Under the pieces are notes generated by a model that worked only from the letters and a program-made list of their open reading frames with translations, was not told the DNA's origin and did no database searches. Positions 41,727 through 51,417 of a stretch of DNA of 64,000 nt are shown here, one piece after another. Position numbers and translations under genes: made by a program. The stretch's first letter is position 1. The number at the start of each line of letters is the position of its first letter. Source of the stretch: an uncultured Candidatus Sumerlaeota bacterium (GTDB lineage: Bacteria > Sumerlaeota > Sumerlaeia > MVZB01 > JAJFLK01); contig CAYXAU010000007.1 of NCBI GenBank assembly GCA_964463045.1, positions 39,916 to 103,915 on the forward strand, given 5' to 3'.

Positions 41727-41792
41727 TTCACAGCAAGTTTCACAGACATTTTCACAGGGTTATCCACAGAATTTTCCACAGGAAATCCACAA
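41727..41792. repeat. Phased array of six DnaA-box-like motifs (T[TC]CACA[GA]) at 12-bp spacing in an AT-rich island
   Basis: Copies start at 41727, 41739, 41751, 41763, 41775 and 41786. They include a perfect TTATCCACA (41761-41769) and TTTTCCACA (41772-41780). All are in the same orientation. The array sits 236-300 bp upstream of the mreB start. Confidence 0.4.
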
Positions 41793-41889
41793 GGCGGGAC
41801 TCCCTCCCACGACGCCTCGCCCGCCTCAAAACCGCCGCTCTCGGCCTTCTACGATGTGAACCCTCGCGCCGGAGATTGATTCCGGACGT

Positions 41890-42738
41890 TCAGAGCCGAC
41901 GCTCGATCCATCGACTGATCCGCTCAATCACCCCCCTCCGGCCCGTCTCGTTCAGAATCTCGTGATACATCTCGGGGAAGGAGATGAACTCCTTATCCGG
42001 CGACCCCAAACGCTCGAAAAAGTCACGCGCCCGACTGGGGTCGGCCACTCGGTCCTCGGCGGCTGACAGAATGAGCGTCGGCAATCGCAATTCGGCGGCC
42101 GCATCGAACGCCGCGGCGATCGCCCGGCTCGTCTCGAAAAACCAACCGGCCGTCGCCGTCCGGAAAACCAGGGGATCCGCGGCGTAGGCCCGCCCGACCT
42201 CGGGATCGTGCGAGAGCTCCTCCGGGCGAATCCCCGAGGCAAACGCCAATGAGGGAAGAACGATCGAGGCGAGGCGCCCCAAAGCCCTTTTCCAGGGCGG
42301 GACGGGCCGAGCCACGCCGAAAAACGGGGAGGACAGAATCAGACCGCGCCAGGGGGGGCTTCGTCGCCATGCATAATCGGCGGCCACCAGACCGCCGAAG
42401 CTGTGCCCCAGAACGAACAGCGGCTCCGAATCGATACGCGCCCCCAGGGCCGCCAGCCAGGCGTCCAGATCGGATCGATAGTCCTCAAACCGGCGCACGT
42501 GACCGCGTGCCCCGCCGGAGCGGCCATGCCCGCGCAGGTCGAGCCCCGCCACGCCCCACCCGCGCGCGTTGAAGTCCGCCGCCGTCAGCCCGTAACGGCC
42601 CGCATGTTCGGCGTAGCCGTGAATGATCGCTATCCAGGCCGCTGGCCGCTCGACCGGCCAGCATCCCCAGGCCAGGCCGAGCCCGTCGGGAACCGTCAGC
42701 CAAGACTCTTCCTCCGATGGGTGGCCCGCGTTCGTCAT
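41890..42738 (-). CDS. Alpha/beta-hydrolase, lysophospholipase/monoacylglycerol-lipase-like
   Basis: HGYAEHAGRY, nucleophile elbow GHSFGG, and a C-terminal Asp/His region (YHEILNE). Confidence 0.75.
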   Translation of the reverse strand: MTNAGHPSEEESWLTVPDGLGLAWGCWPVERPAAWIAIIHGYAEHAGRYGLTAADFNARGWGVAGLDLRGHGRSGGARGHVRRFEDYRSDLDAWLAALGARIDSEPLFVLGHSFGGLVAADYAWRRSPPWRGLILSSPFFGVARPVPPWKRALGRLASIVLPSLAFASGIRPEELSHDPEVGRAYAADPLVFRTATAGWFFETSRAIAAAFDAAAELRLPTLILSAAEDRVADPSRARDFFERLGSPDKEFISFPEMYHEILNETGRRGVIERISRWIERRL

Positions 42739-44561
42739 TGGCGGCTCGGCCCTTCCGCCGCCCCGGCTGGCGCCGATGAGCGGAACCTTCCGCGGCTGAG
42801 CGCGACGAGCCCCGCAAAGGCCCAGAAACCCCAGGCGCCGTAGGAAACCGCGAGCCCGCGCCGGCCCGGCGGCGAATGCTCATACCGCAACTCGGCCAGG
42901 TGCTCGCCGGCGGGGAGCGCCAACTCGATCAGGCCGTCGGCATCCGGGCGGATGGCCTCCGGGGCCCGCCGACCGTCCAGCGCAAACGACCAACCGGGAA
43001 AATAGAACGCGTGGACGCGCGCGCGGGCGGCGGGCGCCGCCTGATATCGCCAACGGTAACGGGTCCCCCGGCGGGAATGCTCGAGCAACGTCAGGCTTCC
43101 CTCGACCAACGTCAGGCGGTGCGGCGGCGCCGGATAAGCCTCCCAGAACGTCGGCGTGACGAGGGCATAATGAGAAGCGACGGGGCGATACTCCCGAATC
43201 ACTGACCCGATGAAACCGTCCAAGGGCCCTTTCGCCTCGGTCCAGACGCCGATCGTCCCTTCCGGATCGGGCAGATCAGCGGGAGGCCCCTCAATGAGCC
43301 CCGTCCTGGCGGGCGGCAGAGAGAGGGCCACGGCCAGGGCCGCCAGAACCAGAGGATGGATCCAGCGGGCGACCACCGGCCCGGCCAGCGCCGTCGCGGC
43401 CGCTCCGAACCAAGCGGTCAGGATTAGAAGTCGCCAGGGAAATTGGATGTAGAGGAAAAGTTCAGGAACTCGCCCCCAAGGCATCCAGCGGGAGACCATC
43501 AGCAGCGATAGCGCGAACAAAGCGAGCAAGACGCCGAGCCGATACCGCGCGGCGCGACCGAGACCGGGCCGAATCAGGGCCACGGCAGCCAGAAGAGCCC
43601 CCGTCATGAGCGCCAGACCCGGATTGACGGCGAAATCCCGCTCCACGCCGCCCAGGCTCAGCCCGCGTCCGTAGGCTTCCATGAAGAATTGAATCGGATA
43701 GAGGGAATGGCCGTGCAGGGCCCGAGCGCCTCCGGTCATCCAGCTCGCGTCCCCGGCATCGACGAGCCCGCGGAGCGCGAGGGCCGGATACCAGAAATAC
43801 GCCGAGAGGGCGAGCCCGAGCAGGGCGCTCCCGGCGACGCTCAGCAGCCAACGGACGGAACTCGCCGTCAGAACGGCGTAGAGCGCGATCAGGATCGTGC
43901 CGAAGAGGGCCAGAGCGTTATGGCTCAGGACGAGGAGCGCATAGGCGGGGGCAACGAGGAGCTGTCGGCCGGCCCCGCCGCCACGGCTCCATTCCAGCGC
44001 CACGAAGGCCCCGCCGAGGGTCGCCCAAGCCCAACATTCGGCCAGGCTCACGCGAACGAACAAATCCGTCAGATGATAGGGATTGAGGCCATAAACGACG
44101 GCGGCGACGAAGGCCCAGGCTCGCGGTCGGGGGGAGCCGTATCGGCGGCCCAAAAGCAGCCCGAAGCCATAGGCCGCGATTCCGCTCAGGACGAAGGCCA
44201 GATAGAAACTCATTCGCGTCGCCGGCCCCGTTCCGCTCCCCAAACCGACGACCATGGTCGCCGCGACGTAATACCCGAGCGGGGCGTAGAACGTGAAAAA
44301 CGGCCAACCGTAGCCATGGGCGACCTGGGGCAACCAGGGGACGTGGAACGGCCCTTGCGCGCGCCAGACCTCGCTCATGGCGGTCACGCGTTCCTGAGGG
44401 GCGTAACCTTCGTGGCCGGTCCAGCCGTATCGCCCGAACGTGGGGGCCAGGTAGATCAGGCATAGGGCAAGGATGAGGGCGGGCCAGCCCGTCGCGCCGA
44501 AGGCTGAGCGGGCGATCCTGCGCCGATCGGGGGGGGATTCGGTTCCAAGATCGGCCTTCAA
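42735..44561 (-). CDS. Polytopic membrane protein, YfhO-like/GT-C-like (paralogue of 8198..10933)
   Basis: More than 10 TM helices. Shares the WPFFTFYAPLGYY / PxWxP motif region with the 911-aa protein. C-terminal soluble domain. It is translationally coupled (4-nt overlaps) to the MFS transporter upstream and the hydrolase downstream. Confidence 0.55.
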   Translation of the reverse strand: MKADLGTESPPDRRRIARSAFGATGWPALILALCLIYLAPTFGRYGWTGHEGYAPQERVTAMSEVWRAQGPFHVPWLPQVAHGYGWPFFTFYAPLGYYVAATMVVGLGSGTGPATRMSFYLAFVLSGIAAYGFGLLLGRRYGSPRPRAWAFVAAVVYGLNPYHLTDLFVRVSLAECWAWATLGGAFVALEWSRGGGAGRQLLVAPAYALLVLSHNALALFGTILIALYAVLTASSVRWLLSVAGSALLGLALSAYFWYPALALRGLVDAGDASWMTGGARALHGHSLYPIQFFMEAYGRGLSLGGVERDFAVNPGLALMTGALLAAVALIRPGLGRAARYRLGVLLALFALSLLMVSRWMPWGRVPELFLYIQFPWRLLILTAWFGAAATALAGPVVARWIHPLVLAALAVALSLPPARTGLIEGPPADLPDPEGTIGVWTEAKGPLDGFIGSVIREYRPVASHYALVTPTFWEAYPAPPHRLTLVEGSLTLLEHSRRGTRYRWRYQAAPAARARVHAFYFPGWSFALDGRRAPEAIRPDADGLIELALPAGEHLAELRYEHSPPGRRGLAVSYGAWGFWAFAGLVALSRGRFRSSAPAGAAEGPSRQ

Positions 44562-46027
44562 GAGACGGTCCGGGCCGTCGAGGGCTTGGGGGCCTGGGCA
44601 TCCTGCCAGACCGTCAGATAGTCCATGCTGCGCTTGAAAGACGGGAGCCCCAGATAAAGCAGGATGGCCGCGAGGAGATGGGCCGTGGTCGCCACCGAGA
44701 AGAGCGAATATCGGAGGGGTCGTTCAAGGCCCAGACCGTCTCGGAAGATGTAGTCGGTCGCCAGGGCGACGGCCGTCGGGCCGATCGCCAGGCCGACGAT
44801 ATTGACCACGAAAAGGTAAAGCGCCGAGGCCTGGCCGCGCATGCGAACCGGCATCATCTCCTGAATCGCCGCCGGCGCGACGCCGAACGGCATGCTCGCC
44901 ATGAACACCGACGGGATGAGGAACACGATGGCCAGCTCGGCCGTCGGCACCAGCGGGTAGAACATGCCGAACGGAGCCCAGATCCAGGAGGCGATAAAGC
45001 CGGAGCGCATTTTGGAGTCCGTGTAACCTCGCTTGGCGAGCCAGTCGGCCAGATAGCCGCCCGCTGCGATGCCGAGCGTGCCGGACACGGCGATGATGGT
45101 CCCGTACCAGATGCCGGCCTGGCGTTGGGTCCACCCGTACTCACGAATGAAGAAGGCGGGGATCCACGCCGAGCTGCCGTAAGCCGAAAACGACAGGAGC
45201 GAGAACCCGAAGTTGTGGCAGAGGATCGTCCGCCCATTGGCCCGGAAGTAGCGCAGGACCTCCCCCACGGGGACTTGGCGCGCGGCCGCCCCGCGGCCGC
45301 TCACGAGGGCGCGCCGGACGGGCTCGGCGAAGGTGTAAAGCAAGGGGACGACAAGCAGGCCGGGCAGGCCGACGATGATGAACACCTTTTGCCAGGCGGG
45401 GATGGTCCCCACCAAAGGAAGCGTCCAATCGGGCCCCTCTTTCACCAGGGCGACGGCCACGCCGCCGACGATCAGCGCGAGGCCGGAGCCGATGTAAATG
45501 CCGGTGCCGTAGACGCTGATGGCGGTGGCGAGCCTCTCGCGGCGGAAATAGTCCGTGATCAGCGAATAGGCCGCCGGGGAAAGCGACGCCTCCCCGACGC
45601 CGACACCGATCCGATAAAGCGCCATCTGGAAATAATTCTTGGCCACGCCGCAGCCGGCGGCCATCAGGCTCCAGGCGGCCAATCCGGCCGCGATCAACGT
45701 TCGCCGGCTCATCACGTCGGCCAGCCAGCCGAGCGGAAAACCGAAGATCGCGTAAAAGACGGCGAACATCGGCCCCATAAGGATGCTCACCTGCCAATCG
45801 TGCTCCAACGAGAGCCCCTGCTTCAGATCGTCGACCAGAAGATTCATGAGCTGGCGGTCGGCGAAGGAAAAAATGTACACCACCATCAAGACGCCCACGA
45901 CGTACCAGGCGTAGAGGAGCGGCGGATAGGGGACCTCGGCTGGAGCCGCCGGCGGCGCTTCGGCCGAGGGGGGTTCTTCGCGACGCTGTTCCGGGGAGAT
46001 CGCCACCATGTTCCTCCCGAGGATCAT
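44558..46027 (-). CDS. Major facilitator superfamily transporter
   Basis: 12 TM helices and the MFS motif A (G.L.DR.GRR). It is first gene of a three-gene minus-strand operon. Confidence 0.8.
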   Translation of the reverse strand: MILGRNMVAISPEQRREEPPSAEAPPAAPAEVPYPPLLYAWYVVGVLMVVYIFSFADRQLMNLLVDDLKQGLSLEHDWQVSILMGPMFAVFYAIFGFPLGWLADVMSRRTLIAAGLAAWSLMAAGCGVAKNYFQMALYRIGVGVGEASLSPAAYSLITDYFRRERLATAISVYGTGIYIGSGLALIVGGVAVALVKEGPDWTLPLVGTIPAWQKVFIIVGLPGLLVVPLLYTFAEPVRRALVSGRGAAARQVPVGEVLRYFRANGRTILCHNFGFSLLSFSAYGSSAWIPAFFIREYGWTQRQAGIWYGTIIAVSGTLGIAAGGYLADWLAKRGYTDSKMRSGFIASWIWAPFGMFYPLVPTAELAIVFLIPSVFMASMPFGVAPAAIQEMMPVRMRGQASALYLFVVNIVGLAIGPTAVALATDYIFRDGLGLERPLRYSLFSVATTAHLLAAILLYLGLPSFKRSMDYLTVWQDAQAPKPSTARTVS

Positions 46028-46336
46028 CCACCGCGGGCACGTTTCGGCGCCGGCAGCCGAGCGAGCCTCCGCCCCCGAAGGCCGGAATCGCCGCGGCTCT
46101 TACCTTGAGCCCGCCCGTCGGCGGGCCGCTAAACGTCCCTTCGGTCTGCTCCGTCCGACTTGCCTGAAATCGTTGTTCAGCGACCGCTAGAAAAACTCAA
46201 CGGCGAGCGGAACGTCAAGCACTTCCGACCCCGCCCTGCCGCGCCCGGACCTTGTCCCCAGCCAGAGCAAAGGTTACCATCGGCCCGCCGCCCCCCTTTC
46301 GGCCAAAGAACGAACCCCGGCTAGAGGAGGCGAAAC

Positions 46337-47830
46337 GTGAGGAGCGAACGGATTCCAGCGGCGCAGGGCGTGTTCCCGACCCGGTCGAGAACCGACCTCC
46401 GGGACGTCCTCATCCTCGTTCTGGCGACGATCCCGGCGTTGATCTCGGGCGCCGGGCCCGCCCGGGCGCAATCCCCGACGCCCAACATCGTGATCCTCCT
46501 GGCCGATCAGATGCGCGGGGACGCGATGGGATGCGCCGGCCATCCGGACGTGAAAACGCCCCACCTGGACCGTCTGGCCGCGCAGGGAATTCTAGTGCCG
46601 AACATGTTCGCCAACGCCCCGGTCTGCTCCCCGGCGCGGGCGACGATCCTGACCGGCCGGTATCCCAATGAGCACGGGATGATCTGCAACGACCTGCGGC
46701 TGCGCGAAAGCGAGATCACGCTGGCCGAGCATCTCAAGGCCCGCGGCTACCGGACCGGCTTCGTCGGCAAATGGCACCTCGACGGCGGTCCGCGACAGCC
46801 GGGCTTCATCCCGCCCGGGCCGCGACGGCAGGGGTTTGACTTCTGGGCGGCCAACGAGTGCAGCCACGCCCACTTCCGCAACCAATACTTTCGGGACGAG
46901 CCGACCCCGATCGTCATGGAGGATTACGAAACGCGCGTCTGGACCGACCGGGCCATCGAGTTCATCGGCCGCGCCGGGCGGGAACCTTTCCTTCTGGTCG
47001 TGGCCTATGGGCCGCCGCACGACCCGTACCGCGCCCCGGAGGACTTCCGCGCTCTTTATGACGCTGAGCGACTCACGCTCCCGCCCAACTGGCAGGAGGG
47101 CGCCGTCACGCGGGATCAGCTCGCTCATTATTACGGCATGATCAGCGACCTGGACGCTCAGGTGGGCCGATTGATGGCGGCGCTGGACGAGCGCGGGCTG
47201 GCCGAAACGACCATCGTCTGGTTCACCTCCGATCACGGCGACATGCTGGGCGCTCATGGGATGCGGCTCAAACGCAAACCGTGGGAGGAATCGATACGCG
47301 TCCCGGGCATCGTGCGCTATCCCGCTCAAGTCCCGGGCGGCCGCCGCCTGGCCGGCTTCGTCTCCCACGTCGATATGGCGCCGACGCTCCTGGGATTCTG
47401 CGGCCTGGAGATTCCGTCGGCCGTCCAGGGCTGGGACCTGAGCCATCATCTCCGCGGCCTGACCGACCATGCCCCCGATTACGTCCTGCTTCAGCAATTC
47501 ACGCCGGAACCCACGACGGGCCTCGAACGCCCGTGGCGGGCCGTCCGGACGCCGACTCATCTCTACGCCGAGCGAGCCGACGGCCCGTGGCTCCTCTACG
47601 ACCTGAGCAACGATCCGTATGAGCTGACGAATCTAGTCGCGCGACCCGAGGCCGCGGGGATCAGGAGCCAGATGCAACAGCTTCTGACGCGGGCAATGCG
47701 CGTGGCGCTCGACGCCTGGGAGCTCAACGAGGATGAGTTCCTGGAAAGCAACCGCGCCCTGTACAGCGAGTGGGCGTTTTACTCCCTGGACGAATATCGC
47801 CGGTGGAAAAAAGCCGCCGAGGCCCCGTGA
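46337..47830 (+). CDS. Cys-type sulfatase (arylsulfatase family), secreted
   Basis: Signal peptide. PNIVILLADQMRGD. Formylglycine motif CSPARATILTGRYP (C-x-P-x-R). GKWHLD. GTG start. Confidence 0.85.
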   Translation: MRSERIPAAQGVFPTRSRTDLRDVLILVLATIPALISGAGPARAQSPTPNIVILLADQMRGDAMGCAGHPDVKTPHLDRLAAQGILVPNMFANAPVCSPARATILTGRYPNEHGMICNDLRLRESEITLAEHLKARGYRTGFVGKWHLDGGPRQPGFIPPGPRRQGFDFWAANECSHAHFRNQYFRDEPTPIVMEDYETRVWTDRAIEFIGRAGREPFLLVVAYGPPHDPYRAPEDFRALYDAERLTLPPNWQEGAVTRDQLAHYYGMISDLDAQVGRLMAALDERGLAETTIVWFTSDHGDMLGAHGMRLKRKPWEESIRVPGIVRYPAQVPGGRRLAGFVSHVDMAPTLLGFCGLEIPSAVQGWDLSHHLRGLTDHAPDYVLLQQFTPEPTTGLERPWRAVRTPTHLYAERADGPWLLYDLSNDPYELTNLVARPEAAGIRSQMQQLLTRAMRVALDAWELNEDEFLESNRALYSEWAFYSLDEYRRWKKAAEAP

Positions 47831-47840
47831 CCGGCGGGCC

Positions 47841-48299
47841 TTACTTTGCCAGCGCCTTCTTCAGGGCGCGGGCGGCCTTGGTCTGATCGTCCGCCGTGTC
47901 GAAGGCGAAATAGGCGACGCACTGCTTGCCGATCGAAGCCGCCGAGAAGCCTCGCATGTTGACGCCCGCCGCGGCCACCGCGCTGGCGATCCGCGCCCCA
48001 AGACCCGGCCGGTCCGGCCCGATCAGACGAAGCGAGTGCATCGACTCGGCCTGCCATAAGCCCGCCTGCCGGGCGGCTCGGATCTGCGCCGCCCCCCGGA
48101 TCGGCGACACGAAGACCAACCCCAGGCCCGGTTTGGCTTCCTGCCGGCGCGCGATGACGAATTCCAGGTTGACCCCGGCGGCGGCCAGCGGTTCGAGCAC
48201 CTGGGCCAGCCCTCCTTTGCGGTCGGCGATCTCCCCGACCCAGACGGTCACCTTCGAGATCCCATAAGGCATGGCGCTTCCTCCTTTCGTCTCCGGCAC
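47841..48299 (-). CDS. Tandem ACT-domain protein
   Basis: Two ~65-aa ACT-like beta-alpha-beta-beta-alpha-beta repeats (VTVWVGEIADRKGGLAQVLEPLAAAGVNLE...; LRLIGPDRPGLGARIASAVAAAGVNM...). Confidence 0.6.
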   Translation of the reverse strand: MPETKGGSAMPYGISKVTVWVGEIADRKGGLAQVLEPLAAAGVNLEFVIARRQEAKPGLGLVFVSPIRGAAQIRAARQAGLWQAESMHSLRLIGPDRPGLGARIASAVAAAGVNMRGFSAASIGKQCVAYFAFDTADDQTKAARALKKALAK

Positions 48300-48332
48300 G
48301 GGCCCGATCGGGCGGCCGGACCCCTCAAGGGG

Positions 48333-51300
48333 TCACTTGAGCGTGGCCAGGAAGGCCACCAGATCGGCCAGCTCCTGGACGTTGATCGCCTCGGTCAGCC
48401 CCGTGGGCATCAGGGAGACGGCGCTTTTGCGCCGTTCCAGAACCTCTTCGGATTTAAGCTTGATCATCGCTCCCGTCGCCTCGACGATCTCCACCTCCTC
48501 TTCGCTCTGGCGGCGCAGATAGCCGCTCAGATAGCCCTGCCCGCGGGCTCGAAAGACCCAGACTTCGTATTCGGGGGCGATCGCGGCGCTGGGGTTGACG
48601 ATCGAGTCGAAAAGGCCGTCGAGGCCGAGCTTGGCCCCGATGCGCGTTAACTCCGGCCCAATCTCCCCTCCGTCGCCGTCGATTCGGTGGCATCGGGCGC
48701 ACTGCGCCCCTTCAGACCGGAAGAAGACCTCGCGCCCTCGAACCGGATCGCCCGCCAGATCGACGAAGGCGGCCTTCTCCGGCAGGGCGGCCCCCTCGCC
48801 GGTTCGGGGCCGCGGCACAAGCTGCTCGGCCATGGTTCGGATTTCCTCGTGGGGGCTCCGGTAGAGCGCCGGCATCACGTCAAACAAAATACTGGGGCGC
48901 ATCTCATTCTCTTCGATCATCGACAGCAGGAGGAGCGCTCCCGGACGGGAGGCGGCCAGCAGATGGGCCGCTTCGATCTGAATCTCCCGATCGTTGTATT
49001 GATCCAACATGACCCGCCGCAAGGCGTGCTGCCCGGCTTCCCCCCGCAGGCGGCCCAGGGCTTCCAGCGCGACGCGCGACAGGGCCGGCGGACGCTCGCG
49101 GACGGTCGCCTCCAGAGCCTCGATCAGCGCCGAACTCGCCGTGGGGTCGAGCCCCGGAGCGGCCACGAGCGTCCCGGCGGATTCCAGGGCTTCGCGCCGG
49201 ACCGAAAGATCGCTCGCCGGATCGCGAGCCACTTCCATCAGTGTCGCTGCGAAAGCGACGCGGCGGGTTTCCCGGATAAACCCGATCGCGCCGGAGCGCA
49301 GAGACTCGGTCTCGAACGCGGCCCGAAGCGCCCGCTCCAACTTGGGATCGTCCAGCGCCGCCCCCCACGGTCGCCCCCGATCCCGCGCTAATTCGGCCAA
49401 GGCGGCGGTCGTCAGCTCTTCGGGGGCGGGCCCAGCCAGAACGCCGATCAACGCCCCCGCGGAAGTTTCTGAAGGGACGGCCCCCAACACGCGAATCGCC
49501 GTGCGGCGCTCCTCAGTCGGTCGATCCGAACTGGCCAGAATCTCCCGCGCCCAGGCGAGGGCGGCCGGGGGATGAAGTTCGAAGGCCAGGCCGGCCGTAC
49601 GGGCGTCCCACCGGCGACCCCACCGGTCGGCCAGTTGGGCGAAGGCTTCGGCGGCACGTCCCTTGAGAGCGATACCGGCCGCCAGACGATAAAACGGATC
49701 CTGGCCATCCCATTGAGCGGTCAACTCAAGCGTCGCCCGTTTCCCCCGCGCTTCGGAGGAGCCGGCCAACGCCAACAGGAGCTGACGCCGAGGGCGCGGA
49801 TCGGCGTCTTCCAGAAGCTTCAGCGCCCGTTCAACCCCTTCGGGACCGGACGGCGTGAGGAGCCGCACGGCGAGCGTTCGCAGCCGAGCGTCGGGGTCGC
49901 CAAGCATCGCGGCCGCCGCCCGTTCCCGCATGGAGGGCCGCCGCCAGGCCAACCATGCGGCCCGGGCGCGCATCAAAGGGTCCGCCGCCGCCAGCAACTT
50001 CTCCAGCCGCGCATCCACTTCGGGATCGGCGAGGACGGCGAGGGCCTCAGCCCCCTGATGGTGGGCGGCGGCGTTCGGCGACCGGAAAGCGCGGAAAGCT
50101 CCCTCGATCGAGGTCGGGTCCAGGGCCAGCGAACGGTAAGGCGCCCCCGGCGGGGCAAGGCGGTAAATCCGCCCGCGCGTGAAGTCGCCGATATCATGGC
50201 CGCCGACGCCGGGATCGTACCAATCGGCCACCAGCACGGACCCATCCGGGGCCACCGCTACGTCGGTGGGGCGGAACCAGGTATCTTCCCGGGCCGCCAG
50301 GAGCACTTCGGGCTCGACGTGATAGGAAGCCCCCTCCGGCGAGAGATGATAAGCCCGGAGGAGGCGCGGCCCGGCGTCAGCGTGGAGCAACGCCCCCCGA
50401 ATTCGTTCGGGCAAGAGGCTGCCCCAGTAGAACGCCATGCCGGTCGGCGAGCCGAAGCCCGTCCTTAGGATTTTCGGGATCACCCCCGGCCGATCCTCGT
50501 TCCAGTGGACCTCGTCGCGTCGGCGATCGCCCTCCCGGCGCGGCCAGTAGCCGTAGTCACCCCCTTCCAGAACATGGAGCAGCCGGGTCTGCTCGTTGCC
50601 GTCGTCGTCGTTGTCGGAGATGAAGACTTCGCCGAAGGGATCGACGGCGGGCTCATAGGGATTGCGGAAGTTCCAGGCCAACAGGTCCAGACGCCGCCCA
50701 TCCAGATCGGTCCTCAGTACGCTTCCCGCTGGAAAAGGGGCGTTGCGGCCCACCCACGCCCGCCGGCCCTCCCCGTCGGTCACGTCGAGGCCCTGATCGC
50801 CATTGCTCATGTAGAGGAGGCCATCGGGCCCTATCATGACCCCATGGAGGCCGTGATCGTTGTCGATGCCGCCGAAGCCGGTCAGGATGACGGTGCGCCG
50901 ATCGGCCCGCCCGTCCCCGTCGGTGTCTTCCAGATAGAAAAGGTCGGGCGACTGACAGACGTAAACCCGCGCGCCGACGACGGCGATGCCGAGCGGGGCC
51001 TGAAGCGACCGATCCTGATAGTAGGTCCAGGCCCGGTCGCAGCGGCCGTCACCGTCGGTGTCTTCCAGAACCCGAATGCGATCCCCATCGGGGTGAGGGG
51101 TTGGATTCTTCCAGATTCGATAGTTGGCCGCCTCAGCGACCCAGACCCGGCCTCGCGGGTCCACGTCGATCGAGGTCGGGTTCACCAGATCGGGCTCGGC
51201 GGCGAAGAGCGTCACGCCCAGGCCGGGGGCGACGTCAAAATCCTCCACGGCCGCTGACGGGGCGCGCTGGGCCCGGCCGGGCCGGGACCCGGCGGTCAGA

Positions 51301-51350
51301 CAACCGATCAGTCCGCCAAGGAGGACGAAGGCGCACGACGCAGGTTTCAT
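48333..51350 (-). CDS. PVC-type haem-binding protein: membrane-bound-dehydrogenase-like beta-propeller + HEAT repeats + C-terminal cytochrome c
   Basis: N-terminal FDVAPGLGVTLFAAEPDLVNPTSIDVDPRGRVWV is the Pirellula/Verrucomicrobium dehydrogenase-domain start. The central part has HEAT-like repeats. The C-terminus has CARCH with SLMP motif, typical of the Planctomycete-type CxxCH domain. Lipoprotein-like signal. Confidence 0.8.
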   Translation of the reverse strand: MKPASCAFVLLGGLIGCLTAGSRPGRAQRAPSAAVEDFDVAPGLGVTLFAAEPDLVNPTSIDVDPRGRVWVAEAANYRIWKNPTPHPDGDRIRVLEDTDGDGRCDRAWTYYQDRSLQAPLGIAVVGARVYVCQSPDLFYLEDTDGDGRADRRTVILTGFGGIDNDHGLHGVMIGPDGLLYMSNGDQGLDVTDGEGRRAWVGRNAPFPAGSVLRTDLDGRRLDLLAWNFRNPYEPAVDPFGEVFISDNDDDGNEQTRLLHVLEGGDYGYWPRREGDRRRDEVHWNEDRPGVIPKILRTGFGSPTGMAFYWGSLLPERIRGALLHADAGPRLLRAYHLSPEGASYHVEPEVLLAAREDTWFRPTDVAVAPDGSVLVADWYDPGVGGHDIGDFTRGRIYRLAPPGAPYRSLALDPTSIEGAFRAFRSPNAAAHHQGAEALAVLADPEVDARLEKLLAAADPLMRARAAWLAWRRPSMRERAAAAMLGDPDARLRTLAVRLLTPSGPEGVERALKLLEDADPRPRRQLLLALAGSSEARGKRATLELTAQWDGQDPFYRLAAGIALKGRAAEAFAQLADRWGRRWDARTAGLAFELHPPAALAWAREILASSDRPTEERRTAIRVLGAVPSETSAGALIGVLAGPAPEELTTAALAELARDRGRPWGAALDDPKLERALRAAFETESLRSGAIGFIRETRRVAFAATLMEVARDPASDLSVRREALESAGTLVAAPGLDPTASSALIEALEATVRERPPALSRVALEALGRLRGEAGQHALRRVMLDQYNDREIQIEAAHLLAASRPGALLLLSMIEENEMRPSILFDVMPALYRSPHEEIRTMAEQLVPRPRTGEGAALPEKAAFVDLAGDPVRGREVFFRSEGAQCARCHRIDGDGGEIGPELTRIGAKLGLDGLFDSIVNPSAAIAPEYEVWVFRARGQGYLSGYLRRQSEEEVEIVEATGAMIKLKSEEVLERRKSAVSLMPTGLTEAINVQELADLVAFLATLK

Positions 51351-51417
51351 CGGTTAACGACTGGGACCGAATAGACCACACCGCCGGGGGCTGGCGCAAG
51401 CCCCGACCCAGAGGCGG

